In this document: positions 52,831 through 64,000 of the stretch, in pieces
Numbering within the stretch: position 1 is the first letter of the stretch
Layout: each line of letters begins with the position of its first letter
Origin: Tricharina praecox
Taxonomy: Eukaryota
Length of the DNA stretch: 64,000 bases
NCBI RefSeq assembly: GCF_024521635.1
Contig: NW_026250448.1
Location: 1 to 64,000, forward strand
Direction: 5' to 3'
The notes under the pieces: generated by a model
Told to the model about the DNA's origin: nothing
Databases searched by the model: none
What the model saw: only the letters and a program-made list of their open reading frames with translations
Made by a program: the position numbers and the translations under genes

Positions 52831-53925
52831 AGATTCTGATTGACCGTGGCGCCAACGTCGTCGCGATAACCATCAATGGAGAGACACTGGTTCAGCTATG
52901 GCCGGACTGGGAAACTTATTGTGTTTGAGCACGAGCTTTGGTATAGGCGGGGAAATATTTGTCCCGAGCGGTGTAGCGTTCCCAGAGGTGGTGGGGCTTA
53001 ATGATCGGGTTAAGACTTTCGAGTGGGGGTTGTTTATTAGGGATTGTGTTCGGGCATGAGAAATTGAGAATCAGTTGCTGAGCTGCTGGATGTTTCCATT
53101 TTTAGATGTCTCGGCTTGGGAAAATATACAGAAGTACTTATTTCGTTTGAATATGGAGGAGTAATGGTGTAGCTCGAGAATAGAACGTTGAAAAGAAGTA
53201 TGATCGAGAAGTTGAAGTTCTATTCAACTTCGGAGTGCCATCTTATGGCCCGCACCGCTGGTAGTTACGGACTAATCCAAAACCGCATAGCGTCGTTCCT
53301 TCACAATTGGGAACCATCACATGCGGCTAGCCTGCTCCGCCATCTCATCTTATCGATCGTTATGATCTTATCCACCATAGTTATCCTACCGTCCCTAGCA
53401 TGGCGCACTTCTCATCACGTAATGGCATAAATCACGAAAGCACCTGATGACTCAGTGTGAAGTGACTCTGGTACGAGCCACAATCACGTGACAGACAGTC
53501 GCCTGTGTGGCTTGGAGGTGGGGCGTTGTGGCGCTCGGTTTAGGTTTGGTCCTGGAGTCATTGTTACCTACCTCATACCCTCTGCCCGACCAACTGCGTC
53601 TCTTCTCGGGGCGATCCCACAGAAAGAACGGACACCCTAGGTATTCTAGGCCCTAGTTTCAATTCAAGGCATGTTTAAGCCAGACCACTCCGCATCTCCG
53701 ACAGGATCACCCGTCGAGCGCTGCATCTCCCTGTGATAGAAACATGCCATTACCCGATCGAAAGCATTCCAATTGGCAAATTGCTACATACGGAAATCGA
53801 ACATGAAGCCCGTGGGATAAAGCACACTCCTGAAAGCCGATGCCAGCGGCTCCCTCACCCCCGGGAGTCTCCCTGAAAACCAAAGTGCCGGAGTATATCA
53901 TACCCGTCGTCTTCCTAAAATAAAC

Positions 53926-56900
53926 TCAAGATCTCTCTCCCTCTCGTCGTTTTCCTCCTCCTTGTTTTTCCGACTTATGAAACACCAGAGGGGAGGGTGG
54001 CTTTTCTTTAATGCTTCTGGTAAATCTTCGCATGCTCGCTCGTCGCTCAACAATGACTGGTTTCAGATTGACGACCGATATGTTTGAGATCTCGGACAGA
54101 CTCAGCCCCGACAGCTGGGACCACCCGTCACCCTTCCTAGCGCTACTATCAGAGGAGGACATCGACCCGCTCCGCTTCACTTTTCTGTACACGCGAGTGT
54201 CCAGAAGAGTCCGCTCAAAGGGAACGAGATAGCTATCAGTTGTCGGAAGGATCGAACTCATGGAACGGATCGAGTGTATATCGTTCTTTCCCTCGGATGA
54301 TGCTCGGCTATTACGCTTGAGGGACGCCTCGCTAAACACACCTTCTCCTTGACTGCCGGCGCGGGTAAACCCCTGCTCGGACAACCACTTTTCCCACAGT
54401 TCCCTCTGTAATGAATATAAGGGCTCTCCAGCGCCGCCACCCTCGTTGCCCTCATTACCGCCGTGGGGAAGGCTGGGTAGTGTTGTCGAGACAGTCGCCA
54501 TGATGTCGTCCAAGGTTTCAATGATCGGTATGAAATACGCCCATGGCGAGGAGGTGGATGTTGCGTGGAGATATCCCAACAACTCCGAGGTAGTCGAGTC
54601 CACTGCCCAGGCACCTGACATTCCACGGGCTAATGACAGCAGTTGCCGATGTCAGCAATTGTTCATTTCAAAAGCTGGATTACATGAGCGCATTTACCAA
54701 GTTCACGACTCGTCATAACCATGAACACCAATCCGAGGCCAGGCTGGTTCCGAAGGGACACGAGGCTAGGAACACCGGATGCAGTACCATGGCAGTATAC
54801 CGAGCCGTTCATGATAATCTTTACACTTTTGCTGGCAAGGTGCCCCGTGGAAATGATGGGATGGGATGCGTCCGAGCCTCGACTGTCCGTTTGCGCGTCA
54901 TGGAACACATTCGGAGGGTGAAAGTGGGCACCTACCATCTGCGGCGGCGAAATGAGTGCCCAGTCCATGATATATGAAGTGGCATCACGGTGGTCCACGC
55001 CGGTGTTTGCAGATCTGCTCACACGATTACCCGACGCGCAATGCACGGCGGTCATTTTATGGTCGTCGCGAACAGAAATGCGGATGTCCGATAATTCGAT
55101 ATGGTCCTCCGTGACGCGCGGTTTCAATCTCCGATCACCGTCGTCGTCGTCGTCGTCGTCGTCCGAGATTCGTGTTGAAGAACTAGTGCTGCTTGTCCTA
55201 TCGCTTGACTGATCGCTCGTCTCGCCCGAATCGCTGTCTTCCGTTTCTTCATCCAACACATGCGAAACCGTAAGTCCAAAATACTGTCCATCAATCTCAA
55301 TGTAGCCTCCGAGCAATGCCGTGCCCAGAGTCCTCTTACCACGATATGCCGATATCGGAATCCCACTCCCACTCCGATACATGCCGTTGCCAAATAAATT
55401 GCTCCCCCCCGGCGCGGCGGCATAGCTCACTCCTCCCTCCAGGAACTTCACACTGAACTTTCTTTGGTCAATGCAATTCGTCTTTGCAATAAGCCGCCTC
55501 ATATCTCGTACGCTCCTGCACGTTATCAACACGGTTGGTCGGTCCTCGCACATAACGAGTTCGACGCAGAAAAATGCTTTTTTTTTGTACAACGATTTGT
55601 TGATCAGCTGCTGGATATTGGGTAGTACGACTGTGTTGAATTCTAGATGTATCTTCGGATCGCATTCAACCATGGAAGTATCGCCAGAAGATGTGCCATC
55701 GACGTGCCATATAGGTATGGGAACTGTCAAGACTGGTGGCGGGCTCTGTATTTGAGTAGACGGTTGAATCGCCGGAGTAGGTAGAATAGCTGACGGAGAA
55801 GGAGGCAGAGGCAAAGCGGCAGGGTCAATCGCGGAAGTAGGAATAATAGTTGTTTCACTAGGAGCAACAATTGCCGGAGCAGGAAGAATAACCGCCACAG
55901 TAGGAGGACCAACCACTGGAGGAGGAGTAATATTCGCCGGAGTAGAAGGCAGAGTCGGGGCGGCGAGGTCAATCGCCGGAATGGGAAGAATAGCCGCCGG
56001 AATGGGAAGAATAGCCGCCGGAGTAAGAGAGATAGCCTCAGAAGGCGGAGTAATAGTCGCCGGAGTAGAAGGAAGAGTCGGGGCGATAGGGTCAATCGCG
56101 GGAGTAGGAAGAATAGCTGTCTCAGAAGGAGCAACAATTGCTGCAGCAGGAAGAATACCCGCTGGATCAGGACGACGGGCCTCAGAAGGCGGAGTAATAA
56201 TCGTCGGAGTAACAGACACAGTCGGGGCGGCAGGGTCAATCGCCCAAGTGGGAAGAATAGCTGTCTCGATAGGAGCAACAGTCGCCGGAGTAAGAATAAC
56301 AGCCGCTTCAGTAAGAGTATCAATCGTCGGAGTAGGGGAATCGATCGCCGGAGGAGTAGATATACAACGCAACGTTTGAACGAAACGCAGCAATTCCTTA
56401 CTACAACCGCCTTCCCCAGCTTTGTGTAGGGGTAGGAGCAGCCACCGGAGAAGGAGTAACAGTCGCCAAAGTAGGTATAGCTGTCTGGGGAGGAACAACA
56501 GTCGCAGAAGCAGGAGAAACAAGCTTAGAAGGCGGAGTAATAGTCGGCGGAGTAGGACTAACAATCTCCTGAGTAGGAGAAGGAATTGCCGGAGTAGAAG
56601 GTATAGCGGTAGCCGGTGGAGCAAGAGAATCAATCGTCGGGCTGGATACTGGCACTGTCGGGCTGGATACTGGCACTGTCAGGATGGATACCGGCGCCGG
56701 TAGTGCTGCGCAAGCGGTTGATGAAGGGGCAAGTGTTGGAATGCTGTCATCCAAGACCGGCGAGGAAACCGGCGCATCTTTCCCGGTAAACAAAGCTCCG
56801 AGAAAACGCAGCTTACGTCCCCCGCCCTCCGCCGGAGTTGGAGGATCCGTCGATGCGTTGCTACTCTGTCTTTGCCCGGGCCTCCGTGAACGGCTCCGGA

Positions 56901-57075
56901 GCTCTCTCTCGTCACCACTGAAGTAATCGAATCCGTCAGCAGAATCCGTCGGTATTGATGTTGTAGTTACCGTGGCATCGTGTCGTGTGCTTTCTGTGGC
57001 TTGATCATGCGCTGTGTAGGTAGTACTCTGGTCCTGGATTATGGATTGTTCGGCGCCAGATCGCCGCCGCGACAT
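53926..57075 (-). CDS. Trypsin-like serine peptidase with Pro/Ala/Thr-rich N-terminal repeats; frame break near 56400
   Basis: LGGYIEIDGQYFGLTVSHVL (His), MDWALI (Asp), and RGMSGAWAVD (Ser) after an intron at ~54630-54697; the ORFs overlap out of frame around 56360-56430. Confidence 0.65.
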
Positions 57076-59661
57076 GGCCAAAGTACTACATAGTAGTCGC
57101 CCCATGGCTGAAAAGGGGTAGATCACGCCACAGAAGTAAATTAGGACTAGCGCTGCGAATTGTCACTTGTTTTCCATGACTACGGCCGAGGGCCTGACTG
57201 CATGTCTTCATCCAATCACAACTCAAAAGCGGTGAATTTTGTAAAATGAATCACGGTTTTACCGGGTTATCGTGGCTTCGTCAGGCCGTGCCACGACGTC
57301 GCGGTGAGAGCTTGGCAGCTACGGGGATCACGTAAGAGGAAATACCTCTACTGTAATGAGGTTTCCATATCTGTCATCCTGCCTCTGGTATCAAAGACAA
57401 AGTTTTACAGTGATAGATTGACAGTTAGCCCCTAAATGTCAAGTATGGTGATTTTGGTAATTACTTACTGAGTCAGCCAACATCGCACTCAACGTTTCCG
57501 GACCTGCCTGCCCGGTTCTTTGGAGCGCCGTCAGGGTCCACCCTGCCCCCTCTTTCGAAGCTTTCCTATTCATATGTCACGCCGAACGATTCTTCAACGT
57601 CGAAAGTCCAAAGTAAACCTTTTAATGTCGCAACTAGAAATCGGTGAGGTCATGTCACCGCGAAAACATCAAGGAACCCGGTCACTCCCAGGCTGGAGCA
57701 TCGTTCTATCCGGAACACCGCGCACAGATTTGGCTGCCTACGGCGGAGGTGCCGAGTTTGTGCAGCAATCGGAATGCTTGGGACTCAAATAGGTAGTCGA
57801 TTAACGATTTTTTTGTTTTTGTCGAAGTACTTTCACGGGTCACGGATGCGCTGGACCTTGCTTATTCCACGTCCGGCCGGCGCAGATACGCGCTGCATGT
57901 GCCTAGGCAGATGCGCCCGCCCCTTCGGGCATCCGATGTATGTATGTAGAAATGTGCTCCGCCGAATACTTCGCCGCCATCATGAATGCATTTACGGCTC
58001 TGATGATCCTGTTCATTGCATCATCGATTTGATGCGGGGAAGCCTTGGTAGTTGCCGTGAAGCAACGGGAACAACATCGGACAGTTCGAACTGCGAAACG
58101 TTGACTACTCTATTGGAGTCTGGTTCGTCGAAGTTGGCAGAGCGGAGTAACCATCCAGAACGCACCGCCGCCCCGCTCTCAAGTGCCAGCCCGTGCATGC
58201 CAAATTCGGCAGTTTACCAATCTGTCCCCCCTGAGCTGGAGACGTCTCCGAACGACAAGTAGATATCTATAGAGTAGAGCAGAGTATGTATGTGCCGCAT
58301 TTGAAAATGGCATTTTGGGGGGGGGGGGCTGATGATCGCCCGATATGCGGTTTCCAAGCGAGGTGATTGGACGAATCCCCCGGCCAATCCGACACTGCAG
58401 GTTTCCATGTCTTACTCCCGTCGCACATGCAGTGACCACTGACATCAGACGAACCGCAGCAATCGCGGTGTTCGAGTAAATTACGGCTTTCGTTATCGTC
58501 TACGAACCGTTCGAACGGCAGTCAGAGACTCAAAGGGGAAGACTGTGTATGCGAAGCGGTGCATAAGAACATACGAATTGGCATTCCGGCTTGCAGTCGA
58601 TTCCGCGTCGCCCACTATTTACCATGTTACTCTAGAGAACGAGGAAATATTTGCGAAGCTTTTTGGAAAGGACGCCTGACGGGAGGCAAACTGGAACGAG
58701 AAAGGCGGTGTCTCACCTGCGCTCCGCAGATGTGCCCGTCCGAGTCCCCGCGACAAATGACATTGATACGGGACACTCAGCCCGCCCCCTCCGTCACAAA
58801 CGGAACACATGAGTACCGTATTCCAATGATTGGTTTGGTTTAGTTTCAGCTGACGTCCATCCATCTATCCATCCATCCATCGTCCACTACAAAGCCGCCC
58901 CGATCGAGCCGCCGGTTATCGACAGATCGATACTTACTGTACGGATTCTTGAACAGAACCATGCGAGTCGAGGCTAAGTTTCCCAGTCCATGCTACGACT
59001 TTAATGTTTGGATGCAGCCGTTTGGCCGGCCGGCGGCGATCAACTCGGGGCCGCCTACTAGAGTACTAGCAGCTGATGCAGCATACGGACTGAAGACCTG
59101 CTCTTGCATCGGCAACGATGGCCTCCGGTAGTGGTGCGGGATGTAATACGGATAAGTCAGGAAAGCCTGCGCATCCGCGGCCGAGTGGTGATTCCAAGTA
59201 GTGCAAGCAGGCATGGGATGGCTCTGGAAATACGTCGGGTCCGTGGGAATAACTATTGCATTATGATTTATATAGATCAACACACGTGTAAAAGAAGCCA
59301 TTCTCCTTACCCCACCCCACCCTTATCATTACTTTCATCCTAGTCGTGTTCCTTTCGTTATCGTCTTCCTCCTCTGCCTTCTTTCCACCTTGGCCCTGAA
59401 CTCCTCCTTTTCCTCCTCCTCCTTGTCCGCCTTTTCTCCTTTTCTTCCTCCTCCTTCTTCTCGGTTTCCAATTTCCGGAACTCCTCCTCCTTCCCGGTTT
59501 CCTCTCTCCCGTACTTCTCCCTTTCCCGAACTCATCCTCCTTCCCCGACCTCCTTCTTTTACCCCCCCTCTCCCCCATCTCCCCCCTCCATTAACGACCA
59601 TCCATAAACCACCACTAACTAACCCGAAGGCTTGATCGTCGCCTGGCCACTTACACTACCG

Positions 59662-61977
59662 TCATGGGTTTACCTGATTGGTATTCGTTGATAAAGTTGT
59701 CAGTGATGCGCTGGCTGCTGCTCCCGCCTCAACATCACTCGGACCCCTATCTATCCTCCTCCGGAACGGGCGTTTCAGATACTTGACCAGCGTGCGGTCT
59801 TCGGTGTACTCGCCGCTGGTGTATTTCTTGAGCATGACGATGTAGAACGTGAGTGCCGCGAACGCAAACGTCGGTACCGTCGCGTACTGCCAGAACTCGG
59901 CGTGCGTCTTGACGGTCTGCTCGCCGGGGTGCAGGGCAAAGTACTAGTGTCAAATGTTAGCTAGGACGGGAATAGGAGGGTGAAGGTGGGAGAAAGGCGA
60001 GCTCGGGTGTAGATACCGATGTGAAGAATGTCAACGGAAGGAATATCGTCGTCACGATGGTAAACATGGACATCGTCTCGGCGCTCATCTTGGCGTGTGC
60101 GGCGTGTTTCTCCGTGGTTAGCCGCACGTGTGTTCCTCCAAGCTGTAGATACCGGTGGCATCAGTCTTGGGCGCGCTATATAGCGGGATCTACTCGGAGC
60201 CGGCGTTCCGAGTACGGCGGTACGGGAAAGAGGGATCTCACATTCTGCTGCGTCTTCCTCGCCTCCTTCAGCAGCGGTTTAATCTGCTCTTCGAACCTCC
60301 TCCGCTCGTTCATCATGCTCTGCAGGGCATCGAGAATGATCACGTTATGCTCGCGGTTCTGGAACAGCAGCGGCAGCTGCACGATATTCTGGTTGTACCC
60401 CTTGTATTTCACGTGCGGTGCGCTGTTCTCGATGATCTCCGCCAGGTCCGCAAGCACCTGCAGCTGTGTGGTGATCAGATGCAGTATTGTGCCCACGTCG
60501 GCGATGTGGCTGGCAAGCTCCTGGCCGATCTTGACGCCCTCCTTTTTATATCTTTTTAACTGATCGGAGTGCATCTTGGTGGAGTCGGCGGAGACGTGCC
60601 GGTGCGTCCGATGTTCCTGTTGTTTTAGTTTCCGTTAGCGACGGTATCTGCAGCGGCCGGGGGTGGTGATGCGATCGACGCGCACCAGGTTCATGGATAT
60701 CCGCCGCAGTTTGTCGGAGACAGCTCGGGCCGAGAATTGCAGCGCCGTCGCGATCATGTGCACGAGCAGGTGCAGCGCGCTCACTCGATATTGGTGTGGA
60801 AAGAATGGGAACGGACTGGACTGTTTGTCGTTGGCCGTCCGCGCCATGATGATCATGTCTATGGAAGGCGCCGTGAGCGGAGCACCATGGAGTGAGGATG
60901 GGAAAACAAACCACTGTTGATCACCATGAACGTTGACCGGTGCACAAATATTTGACCTCCCTGAGAATCTCGATTCGTGTCTGGATTGACTGGTGTTGTG
61001 GGTGCGAGTCCCCCAATGCATCTTCGGTACTCCTCGAGTGTATGGTTATTTGAGCTTTCGTCGGGCGTGCCGATGGTGAGATGTGGAATCGCGATCATCA
61101 GGCGAAATCGCATCGGCTCTCGCATGGCAAAGAGGGAGACAATGGGCGTGAACCGATCGTCTACCTCCCAAGGGGCAGGGTTGGGAACGTTGGTTGCCCC
61201 GGTTTGATCTGTACCACTCAACTGCTGTTGGGGCACCATCTCCGCAGGGAGCAAGTTGATGTTATTATACAGGTTGACGTACGCCGGATGGCTCGCGTCC
61301 TCTTCTGCCGCGGGTGGTTCTATAACGGCTGGGTCTATCGGATCATGCACGAACTCACTGTTATCGCATCAGTCTCCACACCGTCTCCAGCGCGCGGACA
61401 GTAAAACATACAGAACATGCACACGCAACAAAGAATCTCCCGACCCATCACTCGGTGGGTATATCTCCGACGCCACCTGCGCAGCGACCGACAACTTGAC
61501 TGCGGTTACATGCGGCGTTGCGACACTCGGCTCCCCCTCCGACGACGATACATACCAGTCGCTGTCGTAGCCGGCGGGCTGTTGGTTGAGCAGGTACACA
61601 TGCCGCACGCAGTCTCCGGGTTCGTTTCGCGAAACTGCCTCTCCGGGTTCGTTTCGCGAAACTGCCCGTGGGAGTGCCAGTTGCATCGGCCGGCCTCCCA
61701 CGATCCGCATGCGGCGATATGGGTACGTGAGTATCGTGGGTGCGTCGGATCCTGCGGATCCTGTGGGTGCTCCGGTTGCTCCGGCTGCTGCGGGATCTGC
61801 GGGTGCTCCGGGTGCTCCGGGTGCTCCGGTTGCTCCGGCTGCTGCGGGATCTGCGGGTGCTCCGGGTGCTCCGGGTCCTCCTAGCTGCGCAGTGATGATA
61901 TTTTCTCGGTCCAATCCAGGGGCGTCGTGGCGTGGTGGGATGTTTCCGCTGTGGAACTGCTGCGCGTGGTCGGCCAT
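59662..61977 (-). CDS. CorA-like transmembrane domain protein (multi-intron; model approximate)
   Basis: Coiled-coil region then MFTIVTTIFLPLTFFTS|YFAL..EFWQY + second TM; N-terminal GAPGAP repeats. Confidence 0.65.
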
Positions 61978-64000
61978 AATTTCGAGATAGTCAACGGACG
62001 AACTCCGGACGGAAACGAAAAGCGGATACGAGAGGTATTTAAGTAAGTGGGCATCTGAGCAGGTAGTTATGTAGTTAGCTACATGTGCACATCGCGTCTG
62101 TTGCGCGGCCACGGGTGAGACACGGCCTCTCGCTTTCTGATTCGTCTCCTTTCCATCGCAGCGCCGTCGTTCCTCTCTAGCTCAGCCTTGACATGGCCCG
62201 AGGATGAGAACTAGTTTAACCCATCGTCCAATGGTACGCACTACCGTAAAGCGATCGCGGAGGTTCATCTCTAGTTTTGTAGGTCCTAATCGAACCAGCG
62301 GCAGCGATGGGGTCTACGCGGGCCATTGAAATCAGGAATGCGAATCCATGCGCATCGAAAAGAAAAAGGAGAAGAAAAAAGGATGAATCTCCCCCCCGCG
62401 TTCGAATGGTCGGCTGCCAAGAAAAACCCACGACTGCGGCGACCTGCCTTTGTATGATACGTTCCTTCGTGCGGTCGACCGAACCCATCCAGATTCCAAT
62501 GTGAACATGTTCCAGTGCGGTCGGTGATCCTGGCGTGTATTCGCCGCCCTGCGAGACATGCCACTGCAGACCCTCGATGACATATTGGCGTTCATCCAAT
62601 CTTGTCGACCTTGCAACTCCGTGGCGGTGCATTCAATTTGGAACCGTAAAGAGCCAGACGCGTGACCTGCTAGCTGGATGGCGAGGCTGTCAGCTCCGGT
62701 AAGACAGATGGATCGGCACGGCGCGGACATCAGTGCCCACCGTAGTACTAGTTAGTAAATATCTACTAGTACTGTAGGAAGATAGCGTTCCAGCCACACG
62801 GTATGCAGGTTTCTTCGGTTACTCAACTCCCCCGTCTCCGGATTCGGACCCATACTACCAGGTAGTAGTCAGCGATCTGTCTTTCAGCTCCGCCAATTTT
62901 GGCTGCCATTGTGACCGACGTGCTCAAAGATCTCCACCGCCCTTCACACCGAGTCCTCTCATTGTTGGCCATGGGACTCCCGTGATCTTCTCTCCAACCA
63001 CTTGAGTAAACCAGTATGCGACCCTTCAGATTTATTTGGCCCGTTGGACGGGCGGAGATCTCCGATGCGAGCGGCGAGCCTGGGTGGGGGGGGAGGCGGG
63101 GCGGGGCACCACCACGGTGCTAGGTACTAGTTGGCCTCGGCTGCGATCTCGACGCCGCTGGGATGAGGCTGATGATGACGGTCGGCGGTTGCCTTTCCCG
63201 GCAACCCAACCACCATGATTTCCGTCACGAAACCGGGACTAGTGGTTGTGGCGATGATCGACCTGAGTGACCGGGTCGACCAGAGCTTGGGAAACTCACG
63301 AAAATCTCTGCAAGGTTGCATCCTTGCCAGCATCAATACCAACTCTACCCTATTTCAGCCGCATTTTACAGTATCTCGCCGCATCGTCGGACCCTGATCT
63401 CCGTCGCTCAATGAAGATGCGCGCGGCATGAAGGGCCGGAATGGAGTCCTTTCGTTTGCACTACGGTACGCAATCAACTGCAGTCGAATACCTACCTATG
63501 TGCTCTACATACATAGCCCGAAGAACGGTACGTATCTAGGCTGATAAAAGCTCAGATACGCGTACGTGAGTACTTACCAAGATACTGCTAAGGTAGGCGC
63601 CCTGCGCTTGCATATGTGCAGGATGTACATAGCCTGTCGCGCACCAATCGTTGCACGCGGCCAGTGCAAACTCGGCAATTCCGCCGTAGCCAAACCCATG
63701 CGGCTCGGCGTGAATCCTGATTGCGGGCTGGTGCAATGGTTCCTTTTCGTCTCTTCAGAGTCCAAGCTGGCAGCAATTTTCGCGATAAACTATTGCTGTC
63801 CTCCCTCGGCGGCCATTTGTCGAAGGCGGGGCAGCCGCAGCGGGGAAGTAATACGGTCACCGCCGCTGCAGATTCTTGTGCTCCGCTCAGTGGCAGTGGG
63901 ATGTAGATGGTTATCTGCTACGTACGGATGTAGAGTACATAGGTAGGTAGAGTACCTACCTGATGTACCGGTGTCAGTACCTAGCATCATCGGCACGCGA

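Noticed and set aside
55727..56633. Leu/Arg-rich ORFs (LLLRRLL...)
   Set aside because: Alternative-frame readings of the Pro/Thr/Ala repeat
63938..63985. Hairpin plus CTAG as a Helitron 3' end
   Set aside because: Spacing too long, not followed by T, and no other Helitron evidence

Overview
Intron-rich genomic DNA of a filamentous ascomycete (GT-AG introns with CTRAY branch points; no prokaryotic features). A conserved core (~26.3-36.8 kb) holds RMT2, LSM12, the arginine-specific carbamoyl-phosphate synthase small subunit (CPA1/arg-2) with a spliced 24-codon arginine attenuator peptide uORF absent from the ORF track, two spliced single-TM microprotein genes and a pectin methylesterase. The left accessory flank has a secreted protein, an LRA2-like amidohydrolase, a gene with four homologous introns inside a long inverted-repeat-bounded segment, a decayed lipase-NACHT-ankyrin NLR, nested solo LTRs and hAT/Tc1-type MITEs. 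The right flank has a tandem pair of paralogous vWA genes sharing five intron positions but with different C-termini (Uma2-like nuclease fold plus an amyloid-like motif, versus ankyrin repeats with three near-identical units), a convergent trypsin-like protease and a CorA-like protein. The vWA/vWA/protease block is the best candidate for an undescribed innate-immunity or allorecognition module. All models were spliced and translated by eye; domain calls rest on recalled motifs, not database searches.
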